DNA of 63,905 nucleotides, counting the filler, from Nemertoderma westbladi (lineage: Eukaryota > Animalia > Xenacoelomorpha), in the NCBI GenBank assembly GCA_032718475.1. It is 3 parts of 3 records of this genome, joined end to end, with 100 filler letters (N's around TTAATTAATTAA, not from the genome) between each part and the next. Parts side by side here need not be neighbours in the genome. Positions count along the whole stretch, not along the records: positions 1 to 22,078 come from JAUCBJ010005245.1; positions 22,179 to 46,493 come from JAUCBJ010008159.1; 1 more part is not named here. One strand, written 5' to 3'. How positions within the stretch are numbered: the first letter of the stretch is position 1; each line of letters opens with the position of its first letter. This document shows, piece by piece, positions 13,101 to 23,665 of the stretch. Below the pieces are notes generated by a model, which was given only the letters and a program-made list of their open reading frames with translations, did no database searches and was not told where the DNA came from. Made by a program: the position numbers and the translations under genes.

Positions 13101-16100
13101 CTAGATAATACATTCTCGATATAATAATATTTTCTAATCTCGGATTGAAATCATGGATTTTAGTGATCTTGTGGGTGATAAAAGTATATTTTAACTACAA
13201 AGGGAGTTGCAATTATTACAACCATTATTTAGTGCAGACTTCACTTTTTGATTTGTCGGTTATCACGTTTCGTCTTTTATAACTTTCTATAATAGTAATA
13301 TTTCACGATCACCTTAACCCTAATTTACATCAATACTAAAATCACTTATAAGAATTAATTATATGGAGACAGGTGAAACGTAAAGGTACTAATTTACTTA
13401 CCCCAATATCCCAGAAATCACTGCAAAAAATATATATCGTGTATTATTTATAATATTAATTAGAATTATAATATTTACGCACCAGTACTAAAAGTGAAAA
13501 ATTTGAGATAAATCGGAAGGCGAAAGTGAAGCCCGATATCAATACGGATACGGCTACTGATAAAGGTTCTAAAACATATTGCCGACTATTTCATGATATA
13601 TTTTCTTAAACTTGTTTGGCACGCCGAGATCGCTTGCAATTCTGCTGCCCGATAGCCCAACTCGTGCTGTTAGTGTATTTAACGACAGTGACGGCACCAA
13701 CTTTTATTATAATTCATAATTAATTTATAGCTAGTGTTTTTTTTAATTGTAGCCAGTATTTCTAACCAAAAATGCAAACATTTGTACCGATATATCTTTA
13801 ACTTCGTAACATTTTATATCATTGGTGTACCATTCCCGGGCATTTAGGGTTGATATATCGTATATTCTTACCAACCTGGGATCATTGAGTTCCGGTATAC
13901 CGTAAATAACACCGCCTTCATCTTTCCAAAATGTTGGGTGTTTTGCACCGAGTTTGTTGAAACATTTAATCCAGTTTTCTTTAGTTGTATCCACTTTCTC
14001 GTACTTTTTAGCAGTGGAACTTTTATTTCCGATACGGTATAAGTGCTTGACTGCATTAGTAGTTGTTGTAAGTTCTGCTACAACTTTTACTGACTTATTA
14101 CTCATGATGTACGGCGAACTCGTCTCCTCATTCAATGCGACGTTCTTATCCAAATGCCACGCATATCCTACTTCCTTGAGGTTGCAACTTCCTTTTTTGA
14201 ATGGACATTCGTTTTCACTAAGCCACATTCCATTGAATGACCTATCGAGGCTGGTGAGATATAATTTTATACTATTTCAATAATATGTCACACAAACGGC
14301 ATTACTATGTTATGGGTACCCACTTTTGGACCAATTATTTGACCTATATTTATGTTAATGGCTATTATCATGAGGTTTTTGGTTTTAGAACATAACAGCA
14401 TAAATTTCATCTTCTGTGAGACGTTAGCTATTGTTTTTTTTTATGGTAGCTAGTGTTTTTAAAATTACAAAACCAAATTTTTGGTACTAAAAAAATGGCC
14501 TTCAAAACCCAGGCACCAATATTAATTGGTCTATATTATTGAGTAATTATATCTGATATTGTTTGAACGTGCACCAATATTAATTGGTGTATTATAATCA
14601 ATTACAATATTAAAATAATACAATATTACTATTACAATAATATTATATTGGGTAATTATATTTAACATTGTTTGAACGTAAAGTCTCTGCCCAGAAAGTC
14701 CCCCTGCGCGCAGGTGATAATTAGGGTTCAACTTCATATTGACCCCACATCAGGCTATAAATAGGGGCGCATCGGGACTAAAAATTCAAGAGTCTTCACT
14801 CTGCCTCAGGCATAACTGTTGAGCCCTGCTCCTCGGTCCAGCAGAGGTCCTTGGCCTAGAAGTCAGCTCTGTTCCGAGTTGGGGCCGTCTTTGTTGCTGG
14901 ATTTGGCCTGCGAAAGACTTTGCGGTCGTCAGTAACGTAGGAGGATTCCGCCGTCGGTCGGCTGTACTATCTGGCCTAAAAGCCAGCTCTGGTCCAAGTT
15001 GGGGCCCTCTTTGTTGCTGGATCGGGCCTGCGAAAGGCTTTGCGGTCGCCAGTAACGTAAGACGATTCCGCCGTTGGTCTGAGCACACTGGCTAGACTAG
15101 CCCGGGGCGGTTGTGTGCTCGCTCTTGCCTACCAGGCAAAAGTGGCAGCGTCTCCACCGGCTCGGCTCTCCTGCCCACGGTAGTACTGGTGCACTGTCCG
15201 CAGGCTATATGTTTATTTGTCGTTCGCCCAAATAAACCTCTATGGCCTGAGAACAAATTGCAGCTAACCTTTTAAGTCCAATCGGTACCACCCCTGTTTG
15301 GACTCAGACGGTAACCTGGTGTTTTGCACTATCGCCAAGTTCCAATAGCGTGAAGCTGCACCAAGTTTATTACGACTTTTATCTACAGCGTTTAGATTTA
15401 TTCATTATTATTAGATTTTTTCCCTTTATTTGTATATTTTTTCCGGCGTATTTTTAGCAAAACAAAACGGCTAAAAATACGGTATATTTTCTCTGCTTTT
15501 TGGATCATTTAGAGGCTATACTTTGGATCTTAACAGACCCAAAGCACTCCTCATCCGGTTTCTATCTTTTTCCTCATCCCAGAGGTTTTTCTACAGTGTT
15601 ACAGTAAGCTATTTCTTTTATTTAGAAGGAAGCAATGCAATATTCAGTATTATTGGTGAAGAATAGAAAATCACTGTGTTTTTGTACTATATTGAAAAGT
15701 TGTGGATGTCCGTAAATAACAAGTCATTGAAGGACCGCGTTCAAGTGGAAATATTTTATGTTAGCCGGAAAACCAAAACACTAAGCGAAAGTAGAGCACT
15801 ACCTGGAACTTTTTTGAGATTCAAAGCCGTCTTAGGAGCTTATCGTGCCAAGGAGCACGAGAAATCCATTACAGTAATGCCACACAAACTACCTATGAAA
15901 CAAAAATTAGTTTAAGAGGAAAAATTGTATACTATTTTTTAAATTCTTAATACTGCTTTCTAAAGAAATACAGACATGGCAAATTTATTTTTTCGAGCGA
16001 CAATTACTGGATTACGTCACATCGTGCAGCACACTTTAATGCTGCACAAGCACACTATATATCATTTGTTTTGTTTTACAATTCAGCATTAACTAACCTT

Positions 16101-16678
16101 CCAGAAAAACCAGTGTGTATTCCCCATCCTCCTCCAGACATGACCTCACGACGAGAGTCAACGCTGATCATTAGACACATCATAGCGCAAACATCTGATT
16201 CCGCTTTGAACGCTCCAATCACAGTGCGGTAATAAGAGAACCTACTACCTTCCATACTATCATCCTTCACAGATATCAGTCTGTCCAATGAACATCGTTT
16301 CCCCTTCACCCATTCTGCGCATCGCTCTCCGTCTACCGGGTGACTTTTAACTGGACATTTGTGTTTATTCCATCTGTCTGGGCTAATCATTGCAGTGTCG
16401 TTACTCCAATAACCCTCCGGTGGACTTATTATTTGGCATTTATACAGTGTAAACATATTGCCGGGCTTACGCGGTCTACCAATTGCAATTTCCACCGTTT
16501 GTATTTTCGCTTTCTTTAAACCGTCGCACGAGGAATTGGCGCTCAAAGTGATAGGATCATAATGGTTTTCGATGTCGACATCAGCGTTGCAGATATGCAT
16601 CGAACTGGTTATGTCTAATCGTTGCCAAGCAATTATTAAGCTTGTCCATATGAAGATATTCCGAGTTAATATTGCCAT
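9382..16678 (-). CDS. Spliced six-exon gene for a herpesvirus glycoprotein B-like (class III fusogen-like) type I membrane protein, ~740 aa; join 16678-16098,14250-13872,13100-12909,12274-12140,11859-11664,10121-9382
   Basis: All five introns are GT-AG with matching phases (2,0,0,0,1), giving a 2223-nt open frame. Signal peptide, Cys-rich ectodomain, gB-like motifs, TM at ~aa 560-587, ~150-aa tail. Confidence 0.85.
10187..11637. repeat. Irregular satellite built from gtaacccagtt / gtaacccactc / gtgtagaggtagctggttacccagtt modules; fills intron 5 of the gB-like gene
   Basis: Directly visible modular tandem array of ~1.45 kb. Confidence 0.95.
11664..11859 (-). CDS. gB-like gene exon 5 (KCDDNSLMAFRIEGKNYVFRNYSMVDV...LGLES-G)
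   Basis: Acceptor ttttccacacag and donor TCAG|gtaacg (phase 1). Resembles gB PC...YF...GYVYFEEY. Confidence 0.8.
12140..12274 (-). CDS. gB-like gene exon 4 (VIKSMKMDDGRCASRPLIDHKHMGVRKKAQIAPDGNLLVKPIFFE); absent from the ORF track
   Basis: Acceptor ttgtag and donor GAG|gtatgc; 135 nt. Carries the gB-type SM...G-x-C-x-SRPL motif. Confidence 0.87.
12640..12815 (-). mobile_element. tRNA-derived SINE-like fragment in intron 3 of the gB-like gene
   Basis: Minus strand has the Pol III B-box GGTTCGATCCC after gaggtcccg, with an A-box-like tgtaatgtgg upstream. Confidence 0.55.
12909..13100 (-). CDS. gB-like gene exon 3: central-helix region (EFECSLDMLKHTVWSTLAKVQPT...LACAPVKEFQ)
   Basis: Acceptor tatctag and donor CAG|gtgatt; 192 nt. 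C/W/K/P/G/C-x-PV spacing equals that of the recalled HSV-1 gB domain III/IV segment. Confidence 0.85.
13872..14250 (-). CDS. gB-like gene exon 2 (...ENECPFKKGSCNLKEVGYAW...GIPELNDPRL)
   Basis: Acceptor ctcaccag (phase 2) and donor TTG|gtaaga (phase 0); overlaps ORF 13743..14228. Confidence 0.75.
14850..15085. repeat. Two diverged 120-bp GC-rich direct repeats in intron 1 of the gB-like gene
   Basis: agttggggcc.tctttgttgctggat...ttgcggtcg.cagtaacgta occurs at ~14877 and ~14997. Confidence 0.75.
16098..16678 (-). CDS. gB-like gene exon 1: signal peptide (MAILTRNIFIWTSLIIAW...) and Cys-rich N-terminal ectodomain
   Basis: ATG at 16678; donor AG|gttagt (phase 2); lies within ORF 16076..16717; sequons NSS and NDT. 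Confidence 0.75.
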
Positions 16679-17081
16679 TCTTAATAACTTACAAGCATTT
16701 GTGTAACTTTTAAGCAATCTTTAATAGGCCTACTTATGGCTGCGTATAAAAAACCCAGTGTTGACGTGTGTCACGTGTCAGGATTTATGGTTGAAGGTTT
16801 ACGCGTGAAATGTGTAATGAACAACCTATATACATTTACGGCTATTGCACCATGTAGACTTGTCACAGTTAGCGGTCACAGTATATGGGGTAAACAGTGA
16901 CACGTCAACCGTCAACCGTGATGTGCGACACGTCGAAACTGATGATATACAATCACTTATGTAACTGTACTTTTAGCTAGTGTTTTCACTTTGTGTTGTT
17001 TAAAATGTTGTAGAACAAGTTTGCTTTTGTTTTGTATAAAAATATTTGTGCTAGAACAAATGTTTTTTGTTCTGGAATAAT

Positions 17082-17374
17082 AACAAAATGTAGCCACGGG
17101 CGGAACTATATACTATAAGAACAAAGTGTAGCCATGGGCGGAACTATATGAACAAAATGTAGCCACGGGCGGAACTATATGAACAAAATGTAGCCACGGG
17201 CGGAACTATAAGAACAAAATGTAGCCACGGGCGGAACTATAAGAACAAAATGTAGCCACGGGCGGAACTATAAGAACAAAATGTAGCCACGGGTGGAACT
17301 ATAAGAACAAAATGTAGCCACGGGCGGAACTATAAGTACAAAATGTAGCCACGGGCGGAACTATAAGAACAAAA
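17082..17374. repeat. 31-bp minisatellite (~9 copies)
   Basis: Unit agaacaaaatgtagccacgggcggaactata. Confidence 0.93.
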
Positions 17375-17375
17375 G

Positions 17376-19738
17376 GTACTGGTTCAGTATGCGTACACCC
17401 CCCACCAAATTTTATCTACTAGCTAGTTTTTGATAATTAATTTTTTTGAAATGTACTAGAAAATGTTAGCTATTTTATTTTGAAAAAAATAATGCTCTAG
17501 AACAAATATTTTTTGTTCTAGAACATTTTTTTTAGATAAAAGCTTGGTTTGTAGTTAAAAAGCATGGAAAAAGCAAGGAGGTAAAATAATTTTTTTAATA
17601 TTTTTTAATTTTTTAATTAAATTATGATGATAGCTAGTAAAGTTGGCACTACTATGTTATGGGTACCCACTTTTTGACCATTTATTTGACAATGTTAATG
17701 GTTATTATCTTGAGGTTTTTTGTTTTCGAACATTAATGTCATCTTCTGTTAGACGTTAGCTATTGTTTTTTTTATGGTAGCTAGTGATTTCTTTTAGGTA
17801 GCTACTGTTTTTAAAATTACAAAACCAAATTTTTGGTACCGGTACCTAATTTTTGATCAATTTTTTTACCATGTTATTGGATATTATCATGACTGCATGA
17901 TGTTTTTCGTTCTTGAACATAAATTTCTCCTTATGAGAGAGGTTACCTAGATTATTTTTTATTAAGGTAGCTAGTGTTTTTAAAGATAGCTAGTGATCTT
18001 AAAATTACAAAATAATATTTTGGACCATGTTAATGGATATTATCAAGATGGTTTTTTGTTCTACAGTTCTAGAACATAAATTATTTCACCTTCTGAGAGA
18101 GGTTAGCTATTATTTTTTATTATGGTAGCTAGTGATCTTAAAATTACAAAAGAAATTTTGTAGTGCCCCTTATATTTAGACAATTTCCATATCATCAATA
18201 TATTCTCGAAATGACTAATAAAAAGATAAATCTAGTAATAAGTAAAATAGGCCTAAATAAGTACCGGTACCGGTAATATAGGCCTAAGTAAAAACTCTAT
18301 TTTGACATCTGCCTATATTTTGTATAAAAAACTAGCTAGTGAATAATTACTAGCTACTTTGACTATCAAATATAAATTACTAGCTACCATGACTCATAAA
18401 TTATTCCATGCAAATATATAATTGAGAATTAAATTACCGGTATATCATACATTTACTAGCTAATAAATACAGTAGTACTAGCTAACACAAAATCAAAAGT
18501 ACTAGCTACCATCTTACTGTCAGACGGTCAAATATTTGTTCTAGATAAAAAAAAACCTCATAATAAAATACATTTTTACAAGAAAAAAAATTGGTCAAAT
18601 TTTTTTTCAATTTTTCAATTAGGCCTATAATTTTTTTCACTAGCTAATAAAAAGTACTAACTAACAAAATCGAAATTACTAGCTACCATCGTACTGGCAG
18701 AAGGTTAAATATTTGTTCTAGAACAAAAAACCTCATGATAAAAGCCATTTTCAGATGAAAAAATTTGTTTAAAAAGTGGGTACCCATAAGTGCCGTAAAG
18801 TTAATGGGAGGGTAGCTAATAAATAATAAAAGCAACGATAAAAGCAATTTACACAATAAAAAAAATGTTCAATATTTTTTCAAATTTTCAATTTTTATTT
18901 TTTCACTACCGGTAGCTAATTTAAAGACCGTACTAGCTAACACAAAATCAAAATTACTAGCTATAGGCCCTACCATCTTAGTGTCAGAAGGTCAAATATA
19001 AACCTGATAAAAAAAATGATAAAAGCCATGGAAAACTTCGCCAAAAAAAGTGGCAGCCCAATACATAAAAATTTGAGACACATAGGGCCTATGGTAGGCC
19101 TATTAGTAGCCCACAACGATTTCTACGCACAAAGTGGCACATAGTGTATAGCAGTATAGGACTAGCTAGTTTTTATAAAAGAGAATAACGTTTCCAGAGA
19201 ATCATTAAAATGCTAAATACTGTTGATATAACGAACTCATAAAATTTTAATACAAACCTTGTTATTTTTTCTAAAAAGATGTTCCAGAATGAAAATATTT
19301 GTTCTAGAACATTAACACAAAATCAAAATTACTGCTACCATCTTACTGTAAGAAGGTCAAATAACACAGAACACAACAAATAAACACACGGGCCTATGCT
19401 TCTCAGTACCCCACAACGATTTCTACCCTCAAAGTGGCACATAGTGTATATGAATAGCTAGTTTTTATAAAAGGCGTCACTACCTTACTGGTACACATTA
19501 GCTAAAATGCTAAATACTGTTGATATATTGAACTCATAAGATTTTAATAGAAACCTTGTTTTTTTTCTAAAAAGATGTTCCAGAAAAATATATTTGTTCT
19601 AACACTTTTTTATAAACAAATTGCTAACTTGTTCTAGAACAGTACAAAAAAAGAAATTTTCAAAAACAAAAAATAAAAGAAAGTTTAAGAAAAATAAAAA
19701 AAAGTACAAAAAATTTGATACGCATACTGCACCAGTAC
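17376..19738. mobile_element. AT-rich non-autonomous DNA-transposon-like element with 20-bp terminal inverted repeats and internal sub-repeats
   Basis: gtactggttcagtatgcgta (17376-17395) versus tacgcatactgcaccagtac (19719-19738), one mismatch. Internal segments also recur at ~14297-14490. Confidence 0.55.
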
Positions 19739-20555
19739 TGTGACGGGATCCGAGTTGGCAAAGGATCCCGACCGGTGTGTGTGTTTCGAGTCGTATGGAA
19801 AATACGCGTCGCCGCGTCTCCTTGGCTACTGAAAGGCTGTCAAGGAAGCTGAAAGGCCGAAGGCCGGTAAAATAACTGAGTTTATAGTTATAGTTGTTCG
19901 TAATATCAGATATGTATAAAGCACAATCAGTCTAATATAATAATAGCAGTAACAATGACGGCGACGACGGTTAAAGACCGTCTGACTCCTACACTCAATG
20001 TAGCCAACTGAAGCACAATTAACAGAGTAACGGTTTATATATTACATGGGATAACACATTCCTACCTATGTTTGGCCTACCAGTGAATGCGCGATAATTG
20101 ATGGAAAGCCGCCCTATCATTGGTTGATCTACTCCCCGGCCAATCCCTATTTTCCCCTGGCCCTATGCTAGCTTCCCCCTGAGATGAGCTGATGTGCTGG
20201 CATCTCTCTCTAGCTGGCAATGTATATTGCCTTGGTGCCTTTAGTATGCGATATTATATTGGTAATATCGCATCATCCAATCATGATTCGTAAATCATGC
20301 CTTTCCCCATTTTCCGCTGGGTGGTGCAGCGAATTGGATCCGCTAACAAGTACAAAGTAAAAAAGCTAACACAAATAAAAATTACTAGCTACAGTTAGTA
20401 CCTACCACCTCACTTTCAGAAGGACAAATTGTTGTTTTGATTGTTGATTGTTGATTTGATAGCCAATGTTAATTATAGTTTATGAAAAGTTGTAGTTATA
20501 GGGTAGGCCTATGGGTTTGGCGGGGGTGAACCTAAATTAAGATCATAAATGTATC

Positions 20556-21469
20556 CAGGCCCGTAGCCGGGGGGGGAGGGGGGGGGGGGGGGGGGGTTCG
20601 TTGGTTCGAACGAACCACCCTTTTGAGAAAAGTGCCCTTTTATACGAACACATGTTTGGGGGTATTACTGTGATAGCTAGGCCTATCTCCATTTGTTGTA
20701 ATTCTTAAAATATGTTTAATAACTATGGTTTTTATTCTAGAACATTTTAATAAACGTGTTCGTTATTATTTTCATAATGACTGACCCTAACATTATCGAA
20801 ATTGCATCTTTATTGGCAACATAAGAGAGCGCTATTACTTTTGCTCAATCGGTTGGATTACTACCTACTGGTAGTGACATTCAACCTTGTGCGGTCACTA
20901 ACTGTGATTTCAATGCACATGTCATTCAAAGGAGAATGAATGGCATAACGAAGCTGATGTGGCGATGCAAAGGTCCTACTGAGCGCATGCAAAGTTAAAT
21001 ATAATGCGAACAAAGAAAGGCACAACTAAAAAGATACAGAAGAACCACCTGGGCCAGTTCCGATGGAGGGGTCTTAATAAAGATAACCCATTTCATGGAT
21101 CAATACAACTAATCAAGAACAATTACTAGACCTAAGTAACTTATTTTAATTTTTGCTAATATTGTAATATGAATTCATAATAATATAAAGTTCTATGTGA
21201 ATATTGTTCTAGAACATAATAATAATGTCAATAAAAACTATTAAAAAAAATTCAAAAATGGAGATAGCTATCACAGTAATACCGTTTGGGAAATGTGCCC
21301 TTTTTAAACTCACCTATTATATTCACGTACAGTATTCGTAAAAGTGCCCTTTCCGGCAAAGCAAATGTTAAAAGTTACATTAGGGTCTAGAACAGTTAGA
21401 ATTCACATTGTCCCACTGCCAATGTGCTTTAAAAAGTACCCCACACTCGGGCTCCACTTCAGATCATCC

Positions 21470-21502
<33 letters not shown>

Positions 21503-21624
21503 CCCTATTCCTACCTTAATATGTTCTGGCAGTCTGGCTAAACCAATGGATATTTATCATTATTTAAACAAATTAAAAAAGTGTCCTTACGAACCGCCCT
21601 TTTAAAATTCTGGCTATGGGCCTG
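20556..21624. mobile_element. MITE (hAT-like CAGG termini) with 5-bp TSD GTATC
   Basis: TIRs caggcccgtagcc / ggctatgggcctg; GTATC at 20551-20555 and 21625-21629. Confidence 0.75.
20661..21283. mobile_element. Second MITE nested inside the previous one, with 7-bp TSD GTTTGGG
   Basis: TIRs ggtattactgtgatagcta / tagctatcacagtaatacc; GTTTGGG at 20654-20660 and 21284-21290. Confidence 0.75.
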
Positions 21625-21988
21625 GTATCCTGGTTGGTGGAGTATGAAGGCCTACAACAGCATTACCGGTAGCAACAATAAGAAAATTGTGACAAATTTT
21701 CTTCAATGTCGCCTTAATTAAATACATGGAATGGTATTCTAGAATTAGTTGTATCCAACTTAATTCTTTACTGCATACATATATAATTAATAATAATTAC
21801 TATTCGTTATTGGACTTTTATTTATTTTATGATTATTATTGATAAAATTAAATATAATTATAAGTTTTATTTATGTATCATATATATACCATTGTTTGTT
21901 AAGGTTAACGGGGTTTATCTTTCGTAACCACATCTAGTCACTTAGAAGAACACAGCAAATCTCTGTATATTTGGTTTCCATTTTGTAG

Positions 21989-22062
21989 GCAAATCTGTGG
22001 CGAAAAAGGAAGCGGCCCAGGCGCAGGCACAGAAAGAAACGGCTGCCTCAGGGGGAGATAAA
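21989..22062 (+). CDS. CAMK2: Probable CaMKII variable-linker exon (G-KSVAKKEAAQAQAQKETAASGGDK)
   Basis: Acceptor ttttgtag, donor gtaagg. Phase-1 start matches the end of the 5240-5282 exon. KS..KK start resembles CaMKII linker exons. Confidence 0.75.
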
Positions 22063-22078
22063 GTAAGGATTAAAGCGG

Positions 22079-22178
22079 NNNNNNNNNNNNNNNNNNNNNN
22101 NNNNNNNNNNNNNNNNNNNNNNTTAATTAATTAANNNNNNNNNNNNNNNNNNNNNNNNNNNNNNNNNNNNNNNNNNNN
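22079..22178. other. Artificial assembly spacer N44-TTAATTAATTAA-N44
   Basis: Exactly 100 bp; the core has stop codons in all six frames; identical to the spacer at 46494. Confidence 0.97.
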
Positions 22179-22753
22179 AAACAATATGATTAATGCAATT
22201 AAATTAAGTGAGTTAATGCTGTCTTTCGATTTGATTGATTAATTAATTAAGATTTGTTTCGGTAACAGTTTATACTTTCGATAATTCAAGCAGTTTACTA
22301 GAGTTCTTCCCAAAAGGCCGGTGTTTCTGGCTTAGACAGCAATAACAACAAAGTAACAAGTAAAAACAGTAAGACAGAACACTCTCCTTATGATCGGCAG
22401 AAAAGCTACACGTCGACAGGAAAAACCGCCCTGATTGGCCCAAGCCAAACAAAGAACCACGCGTCCAATGGCTGTTTCCATGTCAGCAACCAGCTGCTAG
22501 ATGTCGTAATATGAATCATCACGGCTAAGCTGTGAAAGGTAGTTGGTGCATTACAAGTTTTTTGCCTTACCATGTCCGCCAAAACACGTATATAGCAGAA
22601 TGATTTTTATGTCCGTTAAAACACCTGTAAAGGTACCTTGCGGGCGAGGGGAATATATATACAGTTAGAAAACCTTTTTAGAGTATTCCAGCGCCTGGGG
22701 GAGAACTGGCCAGCAAAGGCAAACGTATCAGTTATCCCACAAAAGCTTTTACA
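22179..22753. mobile_element. Partial LTR related to the BEL/Pao LTRs downstream, truncated by the gap
   Basis: Ends in caaaagcttttaca like the LTR ends at 32300 and 44628; also shares tttagagtattc, ctgattggc and tagatgtcgt motifs. Confidence 0.6.
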
Positions 22754-22838
22754 AGTAGTACCTAAATTATGTTTACATTTCATTTTTTCATTCAGACATT
22801 ATGTCAAATGTATGAATATTACATATTATTTAACTTAC

Positions 22839-23501
22839 CTATTTCAGTTTCACTCTGTATTTCAAGTTGTAAATTCTCCTCATAAATCGCCTCCATTTGA
22901 CTATCTGACACATAACAGCTGTAATACCGGACATGGGCTATATATCCCTTGAATGCGTTATTCCCATTTGGTTCTCTCCCTATTGTTAGCGTGTTGGATT
23001 CTCCAGAAATCAAAGCCGTTGAAGGAGTTCCTAACTCCAATCTTAGTTGATCTGAATTCCCGACTTTTCGACTGTATAGTGTAACTTTCTTCTCCACAGC
23101 ATTGATTCCAAAGGCCACCATATGCCAAACGTTAATTTCTACAGCATTATCTAATCTAACCTCTGATACTCCATTCATGCTGTTGTACCAAAGAGTGGAT
23201 ATACTTGGGTGTAAAAGAAAATGTGAACCTCTTGGACTAGGATCTCCAAATTCAATGATGGCACCTGTTCCATCAAATATCGGCTTTATGAATGCTGTTA
23301 TTGTAAATGTTTCTGAGAGCATTTCAATACCATGTTGAATAGAAACATAACCTTCACGGAAATACATGGCCTGATCATTAACACCTGCTGGTCCCACACC
23401 AAATGAGACACTCTTTCTTAAGATGCCACTTAAACTATCATGTTTATCATTCGCACCATACTGGATACTCAGTGGCCAGTAGATTTCGATGTTGCAGTTA
23501 T
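22839..23501 (-). CDS. Laminin-G3/ConA-like (pentraxin-like) domain exon, phase 1-1, 663 nt
   Basis: Acceptor tttttatag and donor G|gtaagt. Motifs YWPL, FTITAFIKP, WHMVAF, LTIGR, FKGYIAHVRYY. Confidence 0.85.
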
Positions 23502-23665
23502 CTATAAAAATAATACGTAGTGAAAAAAATCTATGAATAAGTTTTGAATGAAGTAAAATTTATTAATATATCTTTGAACAAAATAATGAAATTGTCTGTA
23601 ATAATTGCACTAAAAATTTTTACAATGTAGCTGACTGATATAATTGCTGTTATTTGCACAGGTAA

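Noticed and set aside
13483-13568. Additional candidate exon in intron 2 of the gB-like gene
   Set aside because: The frame compatible with the phase-0 donor hits a TAG stop after four codons.
14786-15088. 100-aa ORF with an internal repeat
   Set aside because: Explained by the 120-bp duplication; no recognisable domain and no fit to the gene model.
9000-17000. Endogenous herpesvirus or Maverick genome
   Set aside because: No other viral ORFs (polymerase, capsid, terminase, integrase) or matching terminal repeats are visible around the gene.
22123-22134. TTAATTAATTAA island inside N runs (also 46538-46549)
   Set aside because: Artificial six-frame-stop linker. Adjacency of the three contigs is unverified, so no cross-gap linkage is claimed.
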